NCBI GenBank assembly: GCA_902626585.1
Contig: CACOGA010000006.1
Span: 14,155 to 78,154 of the forward strand
Direction: 5' to 3'
Length of the DNA: 64,000 nucleotides
Source: an uncultured Bacteroidota bacterium
GTDB lineage: Bacteria > Bacteroidota > Bacteroidia > Flavobacteriales > Flavobacteriaceae
Below the pieces are notes generated by a model. That model made no database searches and was not told the DNA's origin. It saw only the letters and a list, made by a program, of their open reading frames with translations. Shown piece after piece: positions 50,467-59,961 of this stretch (position 1 is its first letter; every line of letters starts with the position of its first letter). The position numbers and the translations under genes are program-made.

Positions 50467-51273
50467 TTATGAAAGTAAATTGTTGTAGAAATCCATGTAT
50501 GGCTCAGCAAATGAATCAACGGGCTGAAACTCAAGAACTGGTTTCTTAATTTTTTTAATATATCCGTTTATTTCTGAGGATATATTTTCAGAACCTTTAA
50601 TAACTGCGTCTGACGAATCGATGGCGACTTTCATTAAATTTTCATAAGTAGGGTTACTTAATTCATTGATTAAGCTTTTATCAATTTCATCAAATAAAAT
50701 TTTATTAATCATCTCTTTATTCAATGTTTTGTCAAATTCATTTCCATAGAGGGATGTAACAATCTTGCTATTTTGGAAAATTGGTTCGTCTTTGTATATA
50801 CTTTTCAGGTATAGTGGTAATAATGCTGCCATCCAACCGTGAATATGAATTATATCTGGCGGCCAATTCAATCTTTTAATAGTTTCAAAAACGCCTTTTG
50901 CAAAAAATATTGCTCTTTCGTCGTTATCTTGAAATAGTTTACCTTCTTTGTCTCTTAGTGTGGCTTTTCTCTTGAAATATTCCTCATTGTCGATGAAATA
51001 AACCTGAATTCTTTCTTTAGGAATCGAAGCAACCTTAATTATAAGAGGCATATCCAAGTCATTAATCACAAGATTTAAACCAGATAATCTAATAACCTCA
51101 TGTAGTTGATGTCTTCTTTCGTTGATATTTCCATATCTCGGCATGAAAATTCTAATCTGGCCACCCTGTTTGTTAACCATTTTAGGAATTTCAAAAGACA
51201 TTGAGGAGATTTCTGACTCAGGTAAGTATGGTACTACTTCAGAGGAAACGTATAAAATCTTTCGGTTTTTCAT
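50467..51273 (-). CDS. short glycogen-synthase-like protein (GT5 N-terminal domain only)
   Basis: 268 aa with N-terminus KILYVSSEVVPY... like GlgA. The KTGGL motif and the whole C-terminal Rossmann domain are absent. Confidence 0.65.
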   Translation of the reverse strand: MKNRKILYVSSEVVPYLPESEISSMSFEIPKMVNKQGGQIRIFMPRYGNINERRHQLHEVIRLSGLNLVINDLDMPLIIKVASIPKERIQVYFIDNEEYFKRKATLRDKEGKLFQDNDERAIFFAKGVFETIKRLNWPPDIIHIHGWMAALLPLYLKSIYKDEPIFQNSKIVTSLYGNEFDKTLNKEMINKILFDEIDKSLINELSNPTYENLMKVAIDSSDAVIKGSENISSEINGYIKKIKKPVLEFQPVDSFAEPYMDFYNNLLS

Positions 51274-51376
51274 TAATTCACTGTTTAGAAGTATCCCTAC
51301 GAAGAAGCAAAATTACAAAAATTATGTAGATTAATTGCAATGTATTAAGTTTACATCCTGTTAATTTTTTATTAAA

Positions 51377-52222
51377 ATGCTCATTTTTAGTAATATTTTA
51401 CAAATACAAAATCACCTTACAAAATTAAAAAGTGAAGGAAGCATTATTGGTTTTGTACCAACAATGGGAGCACTTCATGATGGACATTTATCACTCATAA
51501 AAAAATCTATTTCAGAAAATGATTCAACGGTGGTTTCTATCTTCGTAAATCCAACTCAATTTGATGATTCAAATGATCTTTTAACATATCCTAAGGATAT
51601 TGAAAAAGATATTGCTTTAATAAAATCAATTTCAGAAAATACTGTTTTATTCAAACCGGATTCCTACGAAATTTATTCTGGTGAGATTAAATCAGATGAA
51701 TTTAATTTAAATGGACTTGATAAATATATGGAAGGAGAATGCAGAGGCAATCATTTTCAGGGTGTGGCTACAGTGGTAAATAAACTACTTTCGATAGTTA
51801 AACCCGATCATGTTTATTTTGGAGAAAAAGATTTTCAACAACTTCGAATAATAGAGAATTTAGTTCTAGATCAAAAATTTGACACTAAGGTAGTCAGATG
51901 TAAGACAGTCAGATCATCAGATGGACTTGCATTAAGTTCAAGAAATAAAAAATTAAGTTTTTCTTCCGCAAAAATTGCAACAAATTTGTTTAAAGCACTT
52001 AATTTTGCCAAAGAAAAATTCAACACGCTCGACGCAATAGAAATTGAAAAAAAAGTGATAGAACAATTATCTGCTCATTCTGAAATTCAACTAGAATATT
52101 TTGCAATCGCTGATGAAGAAACATTAGAACCTTTATTAATAAAAAAAAATAAAAAATACAGAGCTTTTATTGCCGCCTATGTTTCGGGTGTTAGATTAAT
52201 AGATAATAAAAAACTTTATTAA
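51377..52222 (+). CDS. panC: pantoate--beta-alanine ligase
   Basis: 281 aa with [14 protein letters not shown] and FGEKDFQQL. Confidence 0.95.
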   Translation: MLIFSNILQIQNHLTKLKSEGSIIGFVPTMGALHDGHLSLIKKSISENDSTVVSIFVNPTQFDDSNDLLTYPKDIEKDIALIKSISENTVLFKPDSYEIYSGEIKSDEFNLNGLDKYMEGECRGNHFQGVATVVNKLLSIVKPDHVYFGEKDFQQLRIIENLVLDQKFDTKVVRCKTVRSSDGLALSSRNKKLSFSSAKIATNLFKALNFAKEKFNTLDAIEIEKKVIEQLSAHSEIQLEYFAIADEETLEPLLIKKNKKYRAFIAAYVSGVRLIDNKKLY

Positions 52223-52227
52223 TTTTC

Positions 52228-52578
52228 ATGAATATTGAAATTGTAAAATCTAAAATCCACAGGGTCAAAGTGACCGGTGCTGATTTAAATTATATTGGAA
52301 GTATAACAATTGACAAAGATCTAATGGATGCAGCCAATATAGTGGAAGGAGAAAAGATACATATAGTAAATAATAATAATGGCGAGAGACTAGTTACCTA
52401 CGTTATTCCTGGGTCTAGAAAATCAGGTGAAATTACCGTAAACGGTGCAGCTGCGAGAAAGGTAAGTATCGGAGATGTTTTAATTTTGATTACATATGCA
52501 TCTATGAAATTCGAAGAAGCCAAAAAATTTAAACCAACTATAATTTTTCCAAATGAGGAAAATAATTTGTTAAGCTGA
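52228..52578 (+). CDS. panD: aspartate 1-decarboxylase
   Basis: 116 aa with [23 protein letters not shown], which contains the Gly-Ser self-processing site. Confidence 0.95.
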   Translation: MNIEIVKSKIHRVKVTGADLNYIGSITIDKDLMDAANIVEGEKIHIVNNNNGERLVTYVIPGSRKSGEITVNGAAARKVSIGDVLILITYASMKFEEAKKFKPTIIFPNEENNLLS

Positions 52579-52579
52579 A

Positions 52580-53539
52580 TTGTTAAAAGAAATAACACCC
52601 TATATAAAAATCTTATTGCCAATTTCAATTGGGGTTTTCTGCATATACTTTTCTTTTAGAAATATAAATTTTTCAGATTTTACAAAGTATTTTTATCAAA
52701 TTAATTATTCATGGGTTTTTTTGGGAATAATCCTCGGAGCCCTAAGTCACCTTTCAAGATCTTATAGATGGAAATTCTTGATCGAGCCCTTAGGCTACAA
52801 GCTGGGTTTGGCAAATAGTATTTTGGCTGTTTTCTCTGCTTATTTAATCAACTATACTATTCCAAGAGCAGGGGATATAGCTAGAGCTACAATGATTTCA
52901 AAATATGAAAAAATACCTCTTGACAAGACAATAGGGACTATTGTAGCTGAAAGAGCTATTGATGTTGTTTGTATTCTTATAATTATTGGTATCGGATTAA
53001 TCATAGAATTTCAGAAAATTTCAGAAAAATTAATTTCTTTGATTGAGGGACAAGAGCTTTCTACAATACTTATATATGTGACAACTATTTCAATTTTTGT
53101 AATAATCTTGTTTCTTTTTTTAAAGAAGTCTAAATATTATAGTTCAATACTAAATTTTTTGTCTGGAATTACCCAAGGGTTGACTGTTGTATTTAGAATG
53201 GAAAAAAGAAACTCATTCATTTTCCATAGCATTTTTATTTGGTTAATGTATTTACTTATGTTTTGGGTCACCTCAATGGCATTTATTGAACTTCATGACT
53301 TTTCATTCTATCAATTTATGATTTCTTTTACATTAGCAGCATTGTCGATTATGCTTTCTAATGGCGGCATAGGTATATACCCACTAGCAGTTGAAGAATC
53401 GCTTGGATGGTATGGAGTTCAGTCAACAACTGGACTAGCTTTTGGTTGGGTCAGTTGGTTATCACAAACAATGATGGTGGTAATTTTTGGGGGATTGTCC
53501 TTATTTATATTACCTTTCATTAACAGAAAAAATTCATGA
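52580..53539 (+). CDS. flippase-like membrane protein (LPG-synthase TM / UPF0104 family)
   Basis: 319 aa with a TTG start, about 8 TM helices and an SHLSRSYRWKFL motif. Confidence 0.55.
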   Translation: MLKEITPYIKILLPISIGVFCIYFSFRNINFSDFTKYFYQINYSWVFLGIILGALSHLSRSYRWKFLIEPLGYKLGLANSILAVFSAYLINYTIPRAGDIARATMISKYEKIPLDKTIGTIVAERAIDVVCILIIIGIGLIIEFQKISEKLISLIEGQELSTILIYVTTISIFVIILFLFLKKSKYYSSILNFLSGITQGLTVVFRMEKRNSFIFHSIFIWLMYLLMFWVTSMAFIELHDFSFYQFMISFTLAALSIMLSNGGIGIYPLAVEESLGWYGVQSTTGLAFGWVSWLSQTMMVVIFGGLSLFILPFINRKNS

Positions 53540-54714
53540 CAAAATATTTCTTACAAATCTTAATAATTTTATTGTCAATTAACACTTTAAACTCCCAGAA
53601 CTTAGATTCTTTAAACATATCTAGAATTAACGACACTATTGTATCTAAATTTTTAAACGAAAAAAGAACTATTGAGATTCAATTACCAAGGTCTTATGAT
53701 GTTGAGTTAGAAAAGAAATATCCTCTAATGCTAGTTTTAGATGGAGATTATATGTTTAATATAGTATCAGGCAGTGTTGATTATTTATCTTACTGGGGTG
53801 ATATCCCTGAAAATTTAGTAGTTGGCTTAAATCAAAAAGATACCAGATTCAAAGATTCTAGTGTTTTTGATAACTTGACACATACTCCAATTACCTCTAC
53901 AGCAAATTTTTATGATTTTATTGTTAGTGAGCTTATACCATACATGTCCAAAAATTTTAGAATTTCAGAGTTTAAAGTTATTGTTGGTCAGGAAAGAACC
54001 GCTAACTTTGCAAATTTCTTTTTATTAAAGCAAAATCCTATTTTTCGAGGAGTAATTTCAATAAGTCCTAGGATATCAACGAATATGAAAAGTTATTTAA
54101 CTCAGCAATTATCAAAAACAAATTCAAAAATTGTATACACGCTCTCAACTTCTACAAATGACTTTGAAAGCATCTATAAAAATGTTTCAGATTTGAATAA
54201 TTCTTTAGACTCTATCGATAATAAAAATTTAAGATTTCAATCCTTGATTTTTGAAAAAGAAAATCATTATATTTTACCGTCCATAAGCGTTCCAAGTTCA
54301 ATCCGTGCTACATATTCATTATATTCAGATATTGATAAAACAGAGTATGATTCAATTATCTCAAGGCTTGAAACATCTCCTATTGATTATGTAAAAAATA
54401 AATATCTATTGATAAAGAATTTTTATGATGAGGACAAAAAAATTTCGATAAATGATTTCATGGCAATAGAAGAATATATTGAAGATAATGAATACTTCAA
54501 TTTATATGATGAGCTTTCAAAATTAGCAAACGATGAGTACCCCGGAACAATTCTCCCAAGCTATTATAAAGGAAGATATGTTGAAGAAACAGGTGATCCA
54601 GAGAGAGCAATGTATATATATAGGTCAGCTTATAATATGAAGGAGGTAAAAGGATTAACTAAAGAATACTTACTTGAACTCGCTGAGAGAATCAAAGAGG
54701 ATTTTAATTATTAA
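53536..54714 (+). CDS. secreted alpha/beta hydrolase (putative esterase family) with helical C-terminal domain
   Basis: 392 aa with a signal peptide. IEIQLPRSYDVELEKKYPLMLVLDGDYMFN is typical of the putative-esterase family. Confidence 0.5.
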   Translation: MTKYFLQILIILLSINTLNSQNLDSLNISRINDTIVSKFLNEKRTIEIQLPRSYDVELEKKYPLMLVLDGDYMFNIVSGSVDYLSYWGDIPENLVVGLNQKDTRFKDSSVFDNLTHTPITSTANFYDFIVSELIPYMSKNFRISEFKVIVGQERTANFANFFLLKQNPIFRGVISISPRISTNMKSYLTQQLSKTNSKIVYTLSTSTNDFESIYKNVSDLNNSLDSIDNKNLRFQSLIFEKENHYILPSISVPSSIRATYSLYSDIDKTEYDSIISRLETSPIDYVKNKYLLIKNFYDEDKKISINDFMAIEEYIEDNEYFNLYDELSKLANDEYPGTILPSYYKGRYVEETGDPERAMYIYRSAYNMKEVKGLTKEYLLELAERIKEDFNY

Positions 54715-54717
54715 TTT

Positions 54718-56080
54718 ATGTCCAAGATTAAAACAACTTTCCACTGCCAAGAATGTGGAGCGGAGTATGCTAAATGGCAAGGACAATGTAATAAATGTAA
54801 CAGCTGGAATTCGATAAAAGAGGAGATTAAAAATACCTCAAGTGAAAATTTATGGGATCACACAAAGTCAAATTTAAATAAGGCCTTAAATAATCCAACT
54901 TCAATTGATGATATTCAGATCCAGAATGAGTTTAGAATAGAAACACAAGATAAAGAATTTAATAGAGTATTAGGGGGGGGGAATTGTCCCTGGTTCGATT
55001 ACACTTTTAGGGGGTGAGCCTGGAATTGGTAAAAGCACTTTATTCTTACAAATTTCATTAAAGATTAGAAATAAGGTTTTGTATGTTTCTGGTGAGGAAA
55101 GTGAAAATCAAATAAAGATAAGAGCAAACAGAATAAATTATTCGAATAAAGATTGTCTAATATATTCAGAAAATAAATTGGAAAATATTTTTGCTCAAGC
55201 AGAAAAAATCAAACCAAATATATTAATCATAGATTCCATTCAAACATTGACAACCAATTCAGTTGATTCGATACAAGGAAGCATTACTCAACTTAAGACA
55301 TGTACGGCAGAACTTATAAATTTTGGAAAAAGAACCTCAATTCCAATTATGTTAATTGGACACATCAATAAAGATGGAAATATAGCTGGACCAAAAGTTT
55401 TGGAACATATGGTTGACACTGTTTTACAATTTGAGGGTGATAGAAATCATTTATATAGGATATTGAGAGTAAAAAAAAATAGATTCGGATCAACCAATGA
55501 AATTGGAATCTATGAAATGGTAACAGAAGGACTAAAGGAAATCACAAATCCCTCAGAAATTCTTATTGGAAATTCAGATCAAAAACTTAGTGGTACAGCC
55601 GTTTGTGCCTCCGTTGAAGGCTCTAGGCCATTTTTGATTGAAGTTCAGGCCCTGGTTAGTACAGCAGTTTATGGTACACCTCAAAGAAGTACCATGGGTA
55701 TAAATACAAAAAGGTTGAACATGTTATTAGCTGTGCTTGAAAAAAGAGCTGGTTTTCATCTAGGCTCAAAGGATATTTTTTTGAATATCACCGGAGGTTT
55801 AAAAGTTGAGGATACAGGAACTGACTTGGCAATCATTGTCGCAATTTTATCCTCCAATAATGATATAAATGTCCCAGAGGACTATTGTTTTGCAGCTGAG
55901 CTTGGACTTTCTGGGGAAGTAAGACCTGTTAGCCGGGTTGACCAGAGGGTTAAGGAAGCAGAAAAATTGGGTTTTAGCAAGATATTTGTTTCGAAATACT
56001 GTGATACAGTACCAACAAAAAAAATTAAGATAGTTTATTTATCTCGAGTTGAGGAATTGATTGATAAGATTTCCCAATAA
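54718..56080 (+). pseudogene. radA: DNA repair protein RadA interrupted by a +1 frameshift in a G9 homopolymer (54973-54981)
   Basis: ORF 54718..55017 carries the zinc finger CQECGAEYAKWQGQCNKCNSWNS. Removing one G gives ...[32 protein letters not shown]... (Walker A), continuous with ORF 55079..56080 (KNRFGSTNE, Lon-like C-terminus). Confidence 0.9.
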
Positions 56081-56128
56081 TTAAGTAAATTTAGTATTTT
56101 CGTTCCTTCAATAAGCCGTAATTAACCA

Positions 56129-59100
56129 ATGATTTTTAAGGAATATAAAAAATTGAATCTTTCTAAAATTTCAGATGAAATTCTATCATCTTGGGAAGAT
56201 CATGATATTTTTAAAAAATCTGTAGAAGACTCCAAAGACAAGCCCCCATTTATCTTTTTTGAAGGCCCACCTTCAGCAAATGGTCTTCCCGGGATTCACC
56301 ACGTTTTAGCAAGATCTATAAAAGATATTTTTCTTAGATACAAAACAATGAAGGGTTTTCATGTTCAGCGTAAAGCTGGATGGGATACTCATGGTCTACC
56401 GGTTGAGCTTGGAGTTGAAAATGCCCTGGGAATTACTAAAGAGGATATTGGTAAAAAAATTACAATTGAGGATTACAATAATGAATGTAAAAAGGCTGTG
56501 ATGAAGTATACTGATATTTGGAATGATTTGACAATTAAGATGGGCTACTGGGTAGATGTTGAAGACCCATACATCACTTACACATCGAAGTACATGGAAT
56601 CAGTCTGGTGGTTATTGAAAAAGATATATGATAAGGATTTAATGTATAAGGGATATACTATTCAGCCTTACTCACCAAAAGCGGGAACTGCTATTAGTTC
56701 GCATGAATTAAATCAGCCTGGCACTTATCAAGATGTTACTGACACAACAGTTACGGCACAGTTCAAGTTATGTGAAAATGCTTTACCAGAATTTTTAAAA
56801 TCTGAGAATGATATTTATGTTTTAGCTTGGACTACCACACCCTGGACTTTGCCAAGTAATACCGCTCTAACAGTTGGTCCAAAAATAAATTATTCCCTGA
56901 TTAGATCATTCAATCAATACACTGGTAAAAATGCTGATTATATTGTTGCAGATGAGCTGATTTCAAAGCAATTCTCTGGAAATTACTTTGAAGTAAATAA
57001 TTTAAATGAAATAAAAAATTATGAATTTGATTCTAAGTCTATTCCCTTTTTCAAATTGACTTCATTTAAAGGAAAAGATTTAGAAAATATTAAATATGAA
57101 CAACTTTTAGATTATGCTAAGCCATATTCTAATCCTGAAAATGCATTTAGGATCATAGTTGGAGACTTTGTGACAACAAGTGATGGCACCGGTATTGTTC
57201 ACACTGCACCAACATTTGGAGCAGATGATGCTTTAGTTGCTAAGGCTGCTAATCCACCTGTGCCACCAATGCTGGTTAAAGATGAATTAGATGAATTAGT
57301 CCCGTTAGTGGATTTACAAGGAAAGTTTCGAGATGAAATGGGAGAGTTTGCGGGTAAGTTTGTTAAAAATGAATATTATAAATTAGAAAATATTCCTGAA
57401 AAATCTGTTGATGTTGAAATTGCAATAAAACTGAAAACCGAGAATAAAGCCTTTAGAGTTGAAAAGTATAAGCACAGCTACCCAAATTGCTGGAGAACAG
57501 ATAAGCCTATACTTTATTATCCAATTGATTCTTGGTTCATAAAAGCCTCTGAATACAGAGACAAAATGGTAAAACTGAACAAAGAAATTAACTGGAAACC
57601 CAAATCAACAGGTGAGGGAAGATTTGAGAAGTGGCTTGAAAATGTTAACGATTGGAATCTTTCAAGATCAAGATTTTGGGGAATTCCTTTACCAATATGG
57701 AGATCTGAAGACGGAAAAGAAGAAATATGTATTGGTTCGATTCAGGAACTGATTGATGAAATAAACAGGTCAATTAGTTTAGGGTTTATGAAGAAAAATC
57801 CTTTTTCAGATTTTGAGCCAAATAATTTTTCTGATGAAAACTACTCAAAAATCGATCTTCATAAAAATATAGTTGATAGTATAGTTTTAATTTCTGATTC
57901 TGGTAAAAAAATGTTTCGAGAGTCTGACTTAATTGATGTGTGGTTTGACTCTGGTAGTATGCCATACGCTCAATGGCATTATCCATTTGAAAACAAAGAA
58001 TTTATAGAACAAAAAAGATTTTATCCAGCTGATTTTATTGCCGAGGGTGTGGATCAAACAAGAGGTTGGTTTTATACTTTGCATGCGATTAGTTCCATGG
58101 TTTTTGACTCAGTTTCATATAAAAATGTGGTTTCAAATGGGCTTGTCTTAGATAAAAATGGACAAAAAATGTCTAAGAGGTTAGGTAATGCAGTCGATCC
58201 ATTTCAGACGCTATCTGATTTTGGCCCTGATGCCACTAGGTGGTATATGATTTCAAATTCAAATCCTTGGGATAATTTGAAATTCGATATCAGCGGAGTC
58301 GATGAAGTTAAGAGAAAATTTTTCGGCACCCTTTACAATACTTATTCATTTTTTGCATTATATGCAAATATTGACGGGTTTAGATATGAAGAAAAAGAAA
58401 TTGAGTTTAATGAGAGGCCAGAGCTAGATAGATGGATTTTATCAGAGCTCAATTCATTAATAAGTTTAGTAGACGATTATTATAACGATTATGAACCAAC
58501 GAAAGCCGCTAGAAAAATAAACAGTTTTGTTATCGATAATTTGAGCAACTGGTATGTTAGATTGAGCAGAAGAAGGTTTTGGAAAGGTGATTATGAAAAA
58601 GATAAAATATCAGCTTTTCAAACTCTACACAATGTGCTAATTAATATTGCTAAATTATCCGCTCCAATTTCTCCCTTTTTTATGGACAGATTATTTATTG
58701 ATCTAACCCAAAATTTAAATCAAGGATTCTGTAAAAGTATTCATTTAGAAGATTTTCCAGTTGCTGATAAATCAAAAATTGATTTAAAATTAGAGGAAAA
58801 AATTAAATATGCACAGACAATTTCTTCGTTAACTTTATCTCTAAGAGCTAAAGAGAAAATTAAGGTAAGACAACCGCTATCAAAAATTTTAATCCCTGTT
58901 GATAATTCAAGCCAAAAAGATATTATTAATAGTGTTTCAGATGAAATCAAGAGAGAAGTAAATGTTAAAAAAATCGAATTTTTGGAAGGAGAATCTGAAT
59001 TATTGGTTAAATCAATAAAGCCTAATTTTAAAAAACTAGGTCCAAAACATGGTAGGTACATGAAAGAAATAACAAGCCTCACAAATTCCTTGGATAATTC

Positions 59101-59527
59101 TACCATTTTATCCTTAGAAAAAACAGGAAAAATTGATTTATTAATTGATAAAAAAACTATAACTTTCGATATTGATGATTTTGAAATCTCATCAAAAGAT
59201 ATTGAGGGATGGCTGGTTGCAAATGAAGGAAATATCACTGTAGCATTAGATATTTCCATTGACAACGATTTAAGAGATGAGGGAATTGCACGGGAGATTG
59301 TCAGTAAAATTCAGAATTTGAGAAAATCTTATGGCTTTGAAGTCACTGACAGAATTAAAATATCCTTCATGGGAGATGACGAAATTAAAAATGCGATAAT
59401 TAAAAATATAGAATACATAAAGTCTGAGACGCTTGCCGGCGATATTCAGTTTAATGTTGAGGGAGAGGGTGGAACAGAATTAATTTTTGAGAAATTAAAA
59501 ACTAAAATATTTATAACTAAAGTTTGA
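56129..59527 (+). CDS. ileS: isoleucine--tRNA ligase (long, type 2 form)
   Basis: 1132 aa with PSANGLPGIHHVLAR (HIGH region) and KMSKRLGN (KMSKS). Confidence 0.97.
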   Translation: MIFKEYKKLNLSKISDEILSSWEDHDIFKKSVEDSKDKPPFIFFEGPPSANGLPGIHHVLARSIKDIFLRYKTMKGFHVQRKAGWDTHGLPVELGVENALGITKEDIGKKITIEDYNNECKKAVMKYTDIWNDLTIKMGYWVDVEDPYITYTSKYMESVWWLLKKIYDKDLMYKGYTIQPYSPKAGTAISSHELNQPGTYQDVTDTTVTAQFKLCENALPEFLKSENDIYVLAWTTTPWTLPSNTALTVGPKINYSLIRSFNQYTGKNADYIVADELISKQFSGNYFEVNNLNEIKNYEFDSKSIPFFKLTSFKGKDLENIKYEQLLDYAKPYSNPENAFRIIVGDFVTTSDGTGIVHTAPTFGADDALVAKAANPPVPPMLVKDELDELVPLVDLQGKFRDEMGEFAGKFVKNEYYKLENIPEKSVDVEIAIKLKTENKAFRVEKYKHSYPNCWRTDKPILYYPIDSWFIKASEYRDKMVKLNKEINWKPKSTGEGRFEKWLENVNDWNLSRSRFWGIPLPIWRSEDGKEEICIGSIQELIDEINRSISLGFMKKNPFSDFEPNNFSDENYSKIDLHKNIVDSIVLISDSGKKMFRESDLIDVWFDSGSMPYAQWHYPFENKEFIEQKRFYPADFIAEGVDQTRGWFYTLHAISSMVFDSVSYKNVVSNGLVLDKNGQKMSKRLGNAVDPFQTLSDFGPDATRWYMISNSNPWDNLKFDISGVDEVKRKFFGTLYNTYSFFALYANIDGFRYEEKEIEFNERPELDRWILSELNSLISLVDDYYNDYEPTKAARKINSFVIDNLSNWYVRLSRRRFWKGDYEKDKISAFQTLHNVLINIAKLSAPISPFFMDRLFIDLTQNLNQGFCKSIHLEDFPVADKSKIDLKLEEKIKYAQTISSLTLSLRAKEKIKVRQPLSKILIPVDNSSQKDIINSVSDEIKREVNVKKIEFLEGESELLVKSIKPNFKKLGPKHGRYMKEITSLTNSLDNSTILSLEKTGKIDLLIDKKTITFDIDDFEISSKDIEGWLVANEGNITVALDISIDNDLRDEGIAREIVSKIQNLRKSYGFEVTDRIKISFMGDDEIKNAIIKNIEYIKSETLAGDIQFNVEGEGGTELIFEKLKTKIFITKV

Positions 59528-59531
59528 AGCT

Positions 59532-59915
59532 ATGAGTAAAGATGTAAATATCAGATATTCAGATTCTGATCTAGCAGAATTTAAAAAACTAATCAATGAA
59601 AAGATTGATAAGGCTAAGCATGATCTTGAGCTTATAAAAAGTGCTTACATGAATGACCACAACAATGGTACGGAGGATACCTCTCCAACATTTAAGGCAT
59701 TCGATGAGGGTAGTACCGTTATGAGTAAAGAATCAAATTCACAATTAGCTTTAAGACAGGAAAAATTTATAAGAGACCTGAAAACTGCACTTATCAGAAT
59801 TGAGAATAAAACTTATGGAATTTGTAGAGTTACAGGAAAACTTATTTCAAAGCAGAGGCTTAAGCTTGTTCCACATGCCACGTTAAGTATCGAGGCAAAG
59901 AATATGCAGAAATAG
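59532..59915 (+). CDS. DksA/TraR-family protein with degenerate (single-Cys) zinc finger
   Basis: 127 aa with a coiled-coil N-terminal half and C-terminal YGICRVTGKLISKQRLKLVPHATLSIEAK. Conserved position after ileS. Confidence 0.7.
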   Translation: MSKDVNIRYSDSDLAEFKKLINEKIDKAKHDLELIKSAYMNDHNNGTEDTSPTFKAFDEGSTVMSKESNSQLALRQEKFIRDLKTALIRIENKTYGICRVTGKLISKQRLKLVPHATLSIEAKNMQK

Positions 59916-59961
59916 TATAAACCTTTTAATACATAATTAACTTTCGTGGTATATTTGAAAT

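Noticed and set aside
54973-54981. The G9 tract in radA considered as a dedicated phase-variation (contingency) locus.
   Set aside because: Not adopted as the primary reading. GGG-containing Gly runs occur elsewhere in the window (for example the gmk MGGL codons, the receptor QLGGG, and IQGGK in pyk), so the tract follows from ordinary codon use for the conserved LGGG motif. A homopolymer sequencing error is at least as likely. It is kept as a finding to be checked.
58741-59265. 174-aa antisense ORF inside ileS.
   Set aside because: Its Ser/Phe/Ile-rich low-complexity product mirrors the Lys/Glu/Asp-rich ileS C-terminus. The open frame only requires avoiding T/C-TA and T-CA across sense codon junctions. 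There is no promoter or start context.
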